The notes beneath the pieces were generated by a model that did not search any database, was not told where the DNA came from, and was given only the letters and a program-made list of their open reading frames with translations. 64,000 bases of DNA from the NCBI GenBank assembly GCA_038867615.1, contig JAWBYA010000002.1, positions 192,001 to 256,000 on the forward strand. Reading direction: 5' to 3'. Shown in pieces: positions 51,178-60,571 of the stretch (positions are counted from its first letter, which is position 1; each line of letters starts with the position of its first letter). The translations under genes were made by a program, and so were the position numbers. Source of the DNA: Sulfolobales archaeon. GTDB lineage: Archaea; Thermoproteota; Thermoprotei_A; Sulfolobales; AG1.

Positions 51178-52428
51178 TCATCTGGCCCTGCTCTCGTATT
51201 GTTCAAATAGGAGGTAGAATGTTAGGGCAGACGCTAGGATTATTGAGCCGGCTAGGTAGAATGGAGATTCTAGCGATACATTTGACATAAGAAAACCCGT
51301 TACTGCTGGCATGGCTGCGCCTGATAGCCCTGTTGTTAGCGCCAGTATGCTCGAGGCTGATGCTCTTTCTGAGGGGTCTACGAGGCCTAGTATGAAGGAT
51401 CTTATTATTGGAGAGGGTATGTTGATCAAGATCCTCATGGCCATGTATATAACGCTCACAGCAAGGAAAGAAGGTATCAGGGGTATTGATGCAAGCATAG
51501 CTGCTGCGGCGCTCTGGGTAAACACCACAGTACCTATGGTGCCAAACCTCTTAGTAATGGCTGGGGATGCTAGGAAGGATATACCCAGTATGGCTTGGGA
51601 TATTGCGTAGGGTATTGATATAAGGCCCTCCTCCACGGAGAACCTCTTATATAGCCATAGTGAGAGTAGCGATGGTGCCAAGAGACCTGTACCCATAAAC
51701 AGCATTCCAACATATAACGTACTCCTCAGGATCACATTATAGGATCTCGTTGGAGGTTTTAGAAGAGCCCTACTACCTCCACTAGGGTTATGCCCCCCCA
51801 CCTTGAGCATGAGCATCAGTATAGATGCGATCGCAAGCGAAACTGATGATAGCATGAAGATCGGGTGGTAAGACACGGTCTCTCCAAACCCATAGGTTCT
51901 GAGGATATTGGGTACCCCTCCAGCCAGGAACCCTATGATACCCGTCAGTGTCGTTATCGATGCAGCTATGCTGAAAACCAGATTCCTCTTCTCAGGAGTA
52001 GGGGCTGAGTCTGCTAAAAGGGCTGTTACAGAGCCTCCGTAGAGCGCGCTCCCCAAACCACCTATACCTGATATTACTAAGAGGTAGTATAGGTTAACCG
52101 GATATATATAGCCTGCGAGGGACACTGCTCCAATAGCTAATCCTAACGCAGAGATCTTCTTCCTGCTCACTGCATCAGCAATCATACCCCCAGGGAGTAG
52201 CATGAGCGTTGTCACTATCGGGGATACTGTCAATATCAACCCTATATCAACCTCACTATACCCAGCCTTCGACAGATATATTGCTAGAATAACGCTCTGG
52301 GCATTAACAGCTATCGATACAAAGGCCTGTGCAGCTATCACTAACTTTGGATCCGGGTCTAGCGCTATATAAGCCGCAAAGGCCCTCGATATAGATGAGA
52401 AAGCCCTTAGAAGTGGGTTTCTTGACAT
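51178..52428 (-). CDS. MFS transporter
   Basis: GMIADAVSRK motif A, ERASA; about 12 TM. Confidence 0.9.
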   Translation of the reverse strand: MSRNPLLRAFSSISRAFAAYIALDPDPKLVIAAQAFVSIAVNAQSVILAIYLSKAGYSEVDIGLILTVSPIVTTLMLLPGGMIADAVSRKKISALGLAIGAVSLAGYIYPVNLYYLLVISGIGGLGSALYGGSVTALLADSAPTPEKRNLVFSIAASITTLTGIIGFLAGGVPNILRTYGFGETVSYHPIFMLSSVSLAIASILMLMLKVGGHNPSGGSRALLKPPTRSYNVILRSTLYVGMLFMGTGLLAPSLLSLWLYKRFSVEEGLISIPYAISQAILGISFLASPAITKRFGTIGTVVFTQSAAAAMLASIPLIPSFLAVSVIYMAMRILINIPSPIIRSFILGLVDPSERASASSILALTTGLSGAAMPAVTGFLMSNVSLESPFYLAGSIILASALTFYLLFEQYESRAR

Positions 52429-52686
52429 GACCCTGGCTATACTTTTTCACATCAATTATATATTACACGCTAGATCGTTGAGATCATCTCATAAACATAT
52501 ACATAGGTTGTAATATACCACACGTTATTTACAAGCGAAAATGCGATAAGGCATGGTAGCGATTCTATGTATCATCCAGACTACAGATTGGCCGTGCTAT
52601 GAAACCTTAACCCGAACGAGGCCTCCCAAAGGAAGAAAGGAGTATTGTTTTAATTGCCAGAATTGCTATGATGCTTATGGGATGCG

Positions 52687-53469
52687 TTGTTGTATCTCGA
52701 TCTCTATTTCATTGCTGGCTATATAGCTGCTCTTGTAATGCTTATAATAACATCGTATATGGATCTTAAGACTAGAGAGATAGATCCTAGGGTCTGGATC
52801 CCCTTTGTCATAGTTGCTATAGTTATATTGATAGCTAGGTTCTCGATCAATTGGGATCCTGTTTCCACTATCTATTTACTGGTAAGTATGACACCACCCT
52901 TGATCCTTTTTGCGCTGAGCCTCTTAGGAATGATGGGTCTGGCAGACCCAATAGCCCTTGCTATAGTCTCTCTCCTCATCCCAGAGCCTCCCACAGGGCT
53001 TTTGCTCCCGCCGTCTATGGTGGTGCTTATAATAGCATCTATCCTTATGTTCTTCCTCCTAGTTATACCGATGCTCATAATCAACATACCCCGGCTAGGC
53101 CTCATCTCTAGGCACTGCGGTTCTAGATATCTAACAACAATCATAGCCCTCACAGGATTTCCTATGAGTGTTAGAGGTTTTCTAGGATCAAAGTTCCTCT
53201 ACCCATTAATATATCCATCCCTGAACGAGGGAAGAATACAGTGGATCTGTAGATGGTCCTTCGAGATAGAGGAGGATCCAAAAACACATAGAGAAGCAAT
53301 AGCCATGCTCTTAGAGAAGGGGTATGTGAGCGAGAGGGAGACTATATATGTCACGTGGGGAGTACCATACCTGGTATTCTTGCTACTAGGAGTACTGCTA
53401 TACCCACTAGCAGCAGGCTGGGTTGAGGAGCTTATCAAAAGCCTAACTATGTTGCTCCGGGCTTCGTGA
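52687..53469 (+). CDS. Prepilin/preflagellin peptidase (A24, FlaK/PibD-like)
   Basis: SYMDLKTREI and GLAD catalytic aspartates; C-terminal VTWGVPYL. Confidence 0.85.
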   Translation: MLYLDLYFIAGYIAALVMLIITSYMDLKTREIDPRVWIPFVIVAIVILIARFSINWDPVSTIYLLVSMTPPLILFALSLLGMMGLADPIALAIVSLLIPEPPTGLLLPPSMVVLIIASILMFFLLVIPMLIINIPRLGLISRHCGSRYLTTIIALTGFPMSVRGFLGSKFLYPLIYPSLNEGRIQWICRWSFEIEEDPKTHREAIAMLLEKGYVSERETIYVTWGVPYLVFLLLGVLLYPLAAGWVEELIKSLTMLLRAS

Positions 53470-53711
53470 CTGTGTGATTCTCCTCATTATGCATTATGAT
53501 TTATAGAAGTATAGATCTAAACCCTAGAATACCATTACAAAAGTACTGCCCACGATATAATCGCTATGACGACCAGGGCAGGGATAATGGGGGCTTTTCA
53601 ACAGAGCCTAGATCTTCAGCTTCGATACTTGAATAACTATAAATACATAGGTAATACGGATCCTGTGAGATACTGTTTTAGATCAAATGGGCTATTACTA
53701 AATAGGTTTTT

Positions 53712-53732
53712 CTCCAAACGATACTAAGGGGC
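53712..53732 (+). promoter_or_regulatory. ORB-like Orc1/Cdc6 binding element overlapping the cdc6 ribosome-binding site
   Basis: CTCCA-AAC-GATAC-TA-AGGGG versus ORB consensus TCCA-N3-GAAAC-N2-AGGGG (one mismatch). Confidence 0.65.
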
Positions 53733-53737
53733 TTCTC

Positions 53738-54919
53738 CTGGAAAGGATAGACGCTATATTTGAAAGGATAGCTTCCTCAAGGGTCTTTATAAATAAGGAG
53801 GTTCTTAGACCCGACTATATACCCGAGAGCCTTCCCCATAGAGAGGGGGAGATCGAGAAAGTAGCCCAAGTACTTGGCTCATCACTCCAGGGGATGAGGC
53901 CTAGCAATCTATTCATCTACGGACTAACCGGGACTGGGAAGACCGCTGTTGCTAAATTCGTGCTCAAGAGGCTCGGGATCAAGGGTAGCGAGAGGGGTGT
54001 TAGGATCTATTGGGTCTATGTCAACACAAGGATCGAGAATACTAGCTATAGGGTTTTATCAAGGATCGGTGAGCACCTCGGGGTTAGGATCCCCTTTACA
54101 GGGTTATCGACAGCTGAGGTCTATAGAAGGGTTATGAGCGCTATGGACTCGAGATCCTCTATAGTGATCATAGTTATGGATGAGATAGACTATATGGTTA
54201 AGAGAGAGGGAGACGAGATCCTCTATAGACTTACCAGAGCCAACGAAGAGCTGGGCTCTTCTAGACTAAGCATTGTTGGTATAACCAACGATATAAAGTT
54301 TGTCGAAACCCTCGACGCCAGGGTTAGGAGCAGCCTTGGCGAGGAGGAGATAATATTCCCACCATATAATGCACAGCAGCTTAGGGATATACTGATGGAG
54401 AGGGCTAGAATAGCATTCAAACCAGGCGCTGTGGGCGAGGATGTCATATCGCTCTGCGCCGCTCTAGCTGCCAGAGAGCATGGGGATGCTAGGAGAGCCC
54501 TGGATCTTCTGAGGGTTGCTGGCGAGATTGCCGACAGAGAGGGGTCTGACAAAGTGCTCGAGGATCACGTGTACAGAGCCCGTAACGAGATAGAGAGGGA
54601 CAGGGCTTCCGAGATCATCTTAACACTACCCATACATGGAAAGCTTATCCTATACTCGATAGTAAAGATTCTTGAGGAGGGTAGAGAGGCAACCACAGGA
54701 GAGATCTATCTAACCTATAGAGAGATAGCCAGAAAACAAGGGCTCGAGCCAATAACACAGAGAAGGGCGAGCGACATAATATCGGAGCTCGACATGGTTG
54801 GAATAATATCCGCCATCACTGTTAACAGGGGTAGGTATGGTAAGACAAGAATTATAAAGCTCCAGGTAAGCCCTGAAGTGATTCTAGAAGCCCTCAAGAC
54901 CGACGGGATCTCTGACTAG
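53738..54919 (+). CDS. cdc6: Orc1/Cdc6 replication initiator; inferred CTG start
   Basis: Conserved IDAIFE...VFINKEVLRPDYIPESLPHRE lies upstream of the ORF-track Met; GLTGTGKT, DEID, HGDAR, winged helix GRYGKT. Confidence 0.95.
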   Translation: MERIDAIFERIASSRVFINKEVLRPDYIPESLPHREGEIEKVAQVLGSSLQGMRPSNLFIYGLTGTGKTAVAKFVLKRLGIKGSERGVRIYWVYVNTRIENTSYRVLSRIGEHLGVRIPFTGLSTAEVYRRVMSAMDSRSSIVIIVMDEIDYMVKREGDEILYRLTRANEELGSSRLSIVGITNDIKFVETLDARVRSSLGEEEIIFPPYNAQQLRDILMERARIAFKPGAVGEDVISLCAALAAREHGDARRALDLLRVAGEIADREGSDKVLEDHVYRARNEIERDRASEIILTLPIHGKLILYSIVKILEEGREATTGEIYLTYREIARKQGLEPITQRRASDIISELDMVGIISAITVNRGRYGKTRIIKLQVSPEVILEALKTDGISD

Positions 54920-54968
54920 CCTCTCATATATATAAGGAATACGTGATAGATACAATATAGGGTAGGAC

Positions 54969-55430
54969 TTGATCCTCGTTCTCCACGCGCCAACAAGCCC
55001 CCACATGGTGGTAGAGTTTGTCAGAACAGCCTCAGTAGCGAGAATAGCAAGAGACCTGGTTATAGTTATAACAAGACCAGGAGGCCTTGCAGCACAAAGC
55101 GGTGTCCCAGAGGCGTGGAAACACGCCCATAAGAGTGGCCTAGCATTCTCAGTGCTTCCTGAGCTCTCAGACGCTATAGATCTATACAAACCCTCAGAGA
55201 TCTATATCTTTTCCAGAAACAGAGAGTGGGTTGACTTCAAAGAGGTTATGATAGGGAGCAACACAATGCTGATCTTCCCCTCAGGAGAACAGCCCCTCGG
55301 AAAAGAAGGGGTGGAAAGGGCTAGAGGAGTAGGCTTCTCGGAATTCTCCAGAGACCTGGGGCCTGTGCAGAGCCTCTCAATAGCACTATATATAGTTATG
55401 ACAAAGACATCGCTTATCAAAAACGAGTGA
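54969..55430 (+). CDS. DUF2122-like (SPOUT-like, so-called RecB-family) protein
   Basis: LVLH..S, TRPGGLAAQSGVPE, VLPELSDAI. Confidence 0.7.
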   Translation: MILVLHAPTSPHMVVEFVRTASVARIARDLVIVITRPGGLAAQSGVPEAWKHAHKSGLAFSVLPELSDAIDLYKPSEIYIFSRNREWVDFKEVMIGSNTMLIFPSGEQPLGKEGVERARGVGFSEFSRDLGPVQSLSIALYIVMTKTSLIKNE

Positions 55431-55447
55431 TGAAAGATCAGATTATG

Positions 55448-55544
55448 TGGCGGGCCCGCCGGGATTTGAACCCGGGACTTCCGCCCAGCAGATCTGGTCT
55501 ACGGGTTAAGAGCCCGCCGCTCTACCGGGCTGAGCTACGGGCCC
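55448..55544 (-). tRNA. tRNA-Lys(CTT) with 20-nt intron at 45/46 (55479-55498), CCA encoded
   Basis: GGGCCCG/CGGGCCC acceptor, GCGGG-CTCTTAA-CCCGT anticodon arm, CCGGG-TTCAAAT-CCCGG T-arm; BRE/TATA near 55570-55584. Confidence 0.95.
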
Positions 55545-55640
55545 AGCCTTAAACTATATTCCTACAGCTCTTAAAGAGCTTTTCGCTAACACCGTGCTGG
55601 TGAAAATCACGTGTTTATTTACCTCAACTCTATACCATAT

Positions 55641-56267
55641 TTAATGGTAGAGCGAGTCGGTGATGAAACGACGGTCATGTGAGAGGTGATGTGTCTTCTC
55701 TTCGCTGATGTTTTCTAGATTGACTATTCTCTTGCCTCTGGGTGTTGGTACTATTGCTATTTTTGCATCTGTAAAGTATATGTTGAGCTCTTTACCTTGG
55801 AAGAGCCTGTCGAGGAATATAGCCAACGCCGCTACCTCTGAGTGGGGTTGTGTTCCTATCGATATATTATGATCAACAATATCATATACCTCTCTCGGAA
55901 CCTTTTCAGAGCCCACTATGACCAGGATATCCCTGTGCCTTTTCACAAGGTCTATCACATTGTCTACTGGTAATCCATACATTGTTAGATGCACCACACA
56001 CCCGCCCTTCTCTCTCCATTCCTTTATAACTCCTCTCCACTCCCTTGTGTAGCTTACTTCGAACCCATCACCGCCCCATCTCGCCACAACCCTTGAGAGG
56101 GATTCGATCAGGCTTTTATCCTCCTCCCCCGAGTATATTATCCCTGCCGCCCCGAATGCCCTAGCTACTAAGCCCACATGGGTTGATATCCTCTTATCCC
56201 TTTCTCTCCTATGCCCAAGCCTTAGCACAACCACCCTGTATCCTAGATCTTTTCTCAACACAACCAT
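55641..56267 (-). CDS. trm56: tRNA (cytidine56-2'-O)-methyltransferase aTrm56
   Basis: [40 protein letters not shown]. Confidence 0.96.
   Translation of the reverse strand: MVVLRKDLGYRVVVLRLGHRRERDKRISTHVGLVARAFGAAGIIYSGEEDKSLIESLSRVVARWGGDGFEVSYTREWRGVIKEWREKGGCVVHLTMYGLPVDNVIDLVKRHRDILVIVGSEKVPREVYDIVDHNISIGTQPHSEVAALAIFLDRLFQGKELNIYFTDAKIAIVPTPRGKRIVNLENISEEKTHHLSHDRRFITDSLYH
55660..55708 (+). ncRNA. Box C/D methylation guide sRNA
   Basis: C GTGATGA, 12-nt guide, D' GTGA, C' GTGATGT, 12-nt guide, D CTGA, then a T-run. Confidence 0.8.
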
Positions 56268-56438
56268 AGATCCACCTTGGGCTAGCTAGCCCACATTATC
56301 ATGGTTTTTAGAGTATAAAAGAGGTTCGAACCCAACAACCACCAATAGAGCGGACAGATATATCGATAACCACCCGCCAGAATCGCTACCTCAGTATCAA
56401 TAAGTCTGGTAGTGAAGTAGGTATATGGGTAGTGGTGT

Positions 56439-56852
56439 ATGGAGTTCGGAGACGATGAGTATATAGATGTCCACGAGGGTGGAGAACTCTCATGGATGCA
56501 GAGGATCTCTAACATGGTTAAGAGCTATAACCACAGAATAGAAGCCCATGGAGATGCTGCAAGAATAGTTGCTGGAGACTCTGTGTTCGATATAGGGCCT
56601 ATGGGGAGCAAGATCTGTGTGCAAGCCCACCTAGAACTCCCAATAGGGAGCGAGACAGGAATACAGATAGATGAGCTTATCGAGAGAGTGAGGAGAGTAT
56701 ATAGAGCGCTGTATGCAATAAAAGGTCCTTTCAACTATGTTCTAGATGATTCGTTATCGGAGCTGGGGTTGGTGCATATAGTGAAATGCTATGAAAAGCC
56801 GGGGGATCTCGAGAAAGATCTCGAAGAGATCTTGAAATCCTTAAGCCTTTGA
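56439..56852 (+). CDS. Hypothetical protein
   Basis: 137 aa ORF with GTGGTG SD and host-like codon style. Confidence 0.65.
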   Translation: MEFGDDEYIDVHEGGELSWMQRISNMVKSYNHRIEAHGDAARIVAGDSVFDIGPMGSKICVQAHLELPIGSETGIQIDELIERVRRVYRALYAIKGPFNYVLDDSLSELGLVHIVKCYEKPGDLEKDLEEILKSLSL

Positions 56853-56979
56853 GCACTCATAATGCTAAGGATAGATGCTGAGCTTCTTGCCATAGCTAGA
56901 ACGAGGGTTAGGATTATCTATAATGGGGAAAGATCTATCACGATCCTTATGAACAGATCTCCATTTACATACCACACAC

Positions 56980-57033
56980 TCTGGTAGAAATACTCCTCAA
57001 GCAGTACTCAAGACCTTAAGGCTTACTCATCAT
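56980..57033 (-). ncRNA. Possible second box C/D sRNA
   Basis: ATGATGA...TTGA...TTGAGGA...CAGA over 54 nt; D box imperfect. Confidence 0.3.
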
Positions 57034-57152
57034 AAAACGAGTATCTAGTAGTGGAGAGCTAGTGAAAATAGCTGTAAAATCGTGAAACTGAAACAACTTG
57101 CTACGGCTTTAAAGAGTGCCTTTACCCCAAAATGATCTAGTCCTAGGGATTT

Positions 57153-57656
57153 CTAGAGTCTCATGAGCACCTCTATAACAATATCCCAGATCTTATCACC
57201 AACGTGATGTATATTTTTAACAGCCTTCCCCTTCCTAATACTCGTAACCTCTTGGGAGCTCATGAGAGCTCTTCCAACAGCTATGAAAGCTCGCTTCTGA
57301 GGCTCTCTAACCCCTACAAGATCCCCTTGCTTGAATTCAGAAGTCTCTATAATCCCTGGCGCCATCACATCTGCCCCATTAAGTATCCTTGGAACTGCTC
57401 CTTGGTCTATGACTACATAGGGTACTGGGCATAGGTTCTTGTTGAGGAGATGTATTGCCGGTATTCTTTCCTTGCCCTCAAGTTCTATTACTAGCGGTGT
57501 TTTGTCAGCTATATATATTTTAGCATTCTCCCCATAGACCACTATACCCTCCTCAGGCTCTTCTACAGAGCATTTGAAAACCTCTCTAGAGATCTTAACA
57601 AGCTCCCTGAGATCCTTTCTAGATATATGGTGATAATGATACCTCATAGGCATCAC
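57153..57656 (-). CDS. Pre-PUA + PUA RNA-binding protein (MCT-1/Tma20-like)
   Basis: VVIDQGAV..ILNGADVMAPGI, GKAVKNIHHVGD. Confidence 0.9.
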   Translation of the reverse strand: MMPMRYHYHHISRKDLRELVKISREVFKCSVEEPEEGIVVYGENAKIYIADKTPLVIELEGKERIPAIHLLNKNLCPVPYVVIDQGAVPRILNGADVMAPGIIETSEFKQGDLVGVREPQKRAFIAVGRALMSSQEVTSIRKGKAVKNIHHVGDKIWDIVIEVLMRL

Positions 57657-57669
57657 ACAAGGCTCATGG

Positions 57670-60036
57670 TTATCTCTTAATCCTCATGATAAGCATTGTT
57701 GCTAGGAGCAGTGCTACCACCTGTAGAATAACGATCATCGGTAGATATATTCCCTCGATCCTCGCTATCCTACTCTCAAGCTCAATCGATCTCGAGATGC
57801 CTTCATCCATTCTAGCCCTCACAACACCGAGATCTGTTACCACAGTAGCTACATTGTTCTGGATGGAAGATATTCTGCCAACTATATCGCCTAGAGATGT
57901 TCTAACAACAGCTATATCCCCAGATATGCCGACAACCCTTGCTCCTAGATCATCTACCCTAGCCCTTATATCCCCGAGGCTTGTTGTTATAACAGCCACA
58001 TCGCCCTCAAGTCTTGATATAGATGCATTTATGCTCCTAAGATCTATTCCAAGCCTCCCGATCGAGGTGTTTATCACAGCCACATTGCTCTCGATCGCTA
58101 GTAGCCTTGCATTAGCACTGCTAAGCATACCTACTATCGTCTGCAACTCCCTGTTAGGTGTTATGACAAGCTGCTTCTCAGCAAGCACATAACCACTCGT
58201 CGGGTCGAACACCGAGATAGAGAGGCTACCAGCTGGTAGCGATCCTATATCTATATATACTGTGAAACTACCACTCCCATCGCTCCACACCTCCTTAGAG
58301 AGGATCGTGGATCCTATTGCTATCCCTAACCTAGCCTCTCTAGGCATATTACTCCCATGTATAGCTATGGTGCCGGTATACCCCGCCTCAATATTAGGCG
58401 GAGAGATCTCTATAGATGGCGATCCCCTATCACCTATAAATGCTATATATATATCTTGGTTGAGAGCAGCATTCCTATACGCCCCCGGTACAACGGTTAG
58501 CGAGCCCCTCCTACTATCCGTCCATACGATATATACATTATCGCTTGTCACAGCCATACCGAAATAGTCTCCTACGAAGAAGGATATCCCGAGAAGCGGG
58601 TTGACCGTTATATCGGTAACCCTCATATTCTTAGCAAAAGTCCTCCCACCATCCCTAGAATATGTATAATATATATCATAACCAATACCGCTTGGGTCAA
58701 GCCTCTTATCGCCCCAGGCTATATGTATAGAGCCATCAGAACCCCTAACAGCTATCATTGGGAAGAACTGAGCCGCATAGCCAGCATCATCATTAACCCT
58801 CACAGGCCTACTCCAGCTAGCCCCACCATCCCTAGAAACCACTAGAAAGATATCACCCATATCTGGACCCTCAGAATCACCGGGGCTATCCTCATAAGCT
58901 ATATAGATACTCCCGTCAGGACCAACAGCCATGGCTGGTGTTGGTACTACCCATCTAAACCCATAGAGCCCCGAATATCCTGGGAACCACCAACGGGTCT
59001 CAGCAGCCAAAACAGGTTCTGAGAATGTAACCCCGCCATCTATTGATTTAGCCACCCATATACCCTGAATAATTCTTGACATGCCAAAAACCCTCTCAGT
59101 CTTCACACCGAAGAAGCTTACATAGAGAGTTCCATTCCGATCCACAACGGGGTATGACCACTGGACAATTGTATCAGGAGACCTCCCCTCCCAGCTAACT
59201 CTGAACGGGCCTTCAAAGGTTCTCCCACCATCCCTAGATCTTATGAGTTTTATGCTTAGGTTAACCTCATAATACCCCTTAAACTCAGTATAGGTTATAT
59301 ATATAATATCCCTCAGAGGGTTAGTAGGATCCGGCCCCACAGCTATCCAGGGCTTATCATAGAAAGCAGCAAAGGAGTAGTTAAGGGCTCTCACAAAACT
59401 CCAATTAGCACCACCATCCCTAGATATACCCAGGGTTATCTCGGAAAAAGCGCCTACGGAGAGGTAGGATAGATAGAGCGTCCCATCCCTACCAAATGCG
59501 AGTGATGGGTCGCTTAATGAATCGCCATATGTTGCGATCATCCTGGAGGGTCCGCTCCACGTTTTCCCACCATCAAAAGATCTATATACAACTATCCCCA
59601 CCAAATAGAATGGATCGCCATAGTCATGGGCAGCAACAACAATATTTCTTGGATTAGTAGGGTTCACAGCAATTGATGGCTCGTTCTCGAATGGATAGTA
59701 GTGGGGAGAGTCGCGCGTAACCCTTATATTTGATCCAAAGATGCTGCCCTCGCCAAACCTGCCTCTAGGGCTTTGTAGCATTGGAAGCGTCTGCTGCAAC
59801 TGACTCTGGGTTAAACCACTCTCTATGGTCTCTTTAACACTGCTTGGCATAAGCTTAATAGATCCCCACATATCTCTTAGATAGAGAGCTCCTGAGACCA
59901 GCCATCTAACCTGAGCCGGTATCGCAGTCCTTTCAAAACCACCATCGTTACTGAACTCCATAGTCTGAACAACTATGGGCATTATCCCCATGATCAGCAT
60001 AGCTAACAACACTAAGCTTAGAAATGATCTCTGCAA
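57670..60036 (-). CDS. Surface-anchored BNR/Asp-box (sialidase-fold) protein with stalk and C-terminal TM
   Basis: Signal peptide; six S-x-D-G-G-x-x-(W/F) boxes; repeats VAVIxTxLG; terminal TM. Confidence 0.85.
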   Translation of the reverse strand: MQRSFLSLVLLAMLIMGIMPIVVQTMEFSNDGGFERTAIPAQVRWLVSGALYLRDMWGSIKLMPSSVKETIESGLTQSQLQQTLPMLQSPRGRFGEGSIFGSNIRVTRDSPHYYPFENEPSIAVNPTNPRNIVVAAHDYGDPFYLVGIVVYRSFDGGKTWSGPSRMIATYGDSLSDPSLAFGRDGTLYLSYLSVGAFSEITLGISRDGGANWSFVRALNYSFAAFYDKPWIAVGPDPTNPLRDIIYITYTEFKGYYEVNLSIKLIRSRDGGRTFEGPFRVSWEGRSPDTIVQWSYPVVDRNGTLYVSFFGVKTERVFGMSRIIQGIWVAKSIDGGVTFSEPVLAAETRWWFPGYSGLYGFRWVVPTPAMAVGPDGSIYIAYEDSPGDSEGPDMGDIFLVVSRDGGASWSRPVRVNDDAGYAAQFFPMIAVRGSDGSIHIAWGDKRLDPSGIGYDIYYTYSRDGGRTFAKNMRVTDITVNPLLGISFFVGDYFGMAVTSDNVYIVWTDSRRGSLTVVPGAYRNAALNQDIYIAFIGDRGSPSIEISPPNIEAGYTGTIAIHGSNMPREARLGIAIGSTILSKEVWSDGSGSFTVYIDIGSLPAGSLSISVFDPTSGYVLAEKQLVITPNRELQTIVGMLSSANARLLAIESNVAVINTSIGRLGIDLRSINASISRLEGDVAVITTSLGDIRARVDDLGARVVGISGDIAVVRTSLGDIVGRISSIQNNVATVVTDLGVVRARMDEGISRSIELESRIARIEGIYLPMIVILQVVALLLATMLIMRIKR

Positions 60037-60182
60037 GCGTATCGCCTCTTAATGATATAATGCTAGGACAGTAATAAAGTATTTTAAGAAGAAATTATCA
60101 TAAACAATATAAATTAGGTTCTTCGCACACCACCAATTGCATAATCTCTCCTCGTGTTTCTATTGATCTTCTCTACACAACA

Positions 60183-60464
60183 TTAGAGACTGCTAACAAG
60201 CTCTGAACATCCCTTCTTATCTCTTCTAGTCAGATAGAGGATCACTATATCCTCTTTATTATCTGCTGCAAAGATAGACACCCCTTCTCTGATCAGCGCT
60301 TTAACCACCCTGTCAAGAATACTTTGATCACTAACCTTGATAAGCAGACTCACCATTTTCTTAGAGCACAGCTCCCTCGCAATATTTTTTGCCTCAAGCT
60401 CTGGGCTTCTCTCCATTCTGAAGGTTTCTATGGGCCTCACACCCTCTCTCAGATCTCTTCCCAC
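60183..60464 (-). CDS. Hypothetical protein
   Basis: 93 aa with GGTGG SD. Confidence 0.5.
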   Translation of the reverse strand: MGRDLREGVRPIETFRMERSPELEAKNIARELCSKKMVSLLIKVSDQSILDRVVKALIREGVSIFAADNKEDIVILYLTRRDKKGCSELVSSL

Positions 60465-60571
60465 GTTGAAACCACCACGTAATTGGTGTTACGAAACCTA
60501 ATATTGAACCTTGTACCGAGTATGTGGTTGCTTATTAACCCTCGTATATTTTTCATCTATTGTGGCTAGAG

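Noticed and set aside
52430-53730. Full replication origin next to cdc6
   Set aside because: Only one convincing ORB-like box; the candidate at about 52624 is too degenerate and no paired inverted ORBs flank an AT-rich unwinding element.
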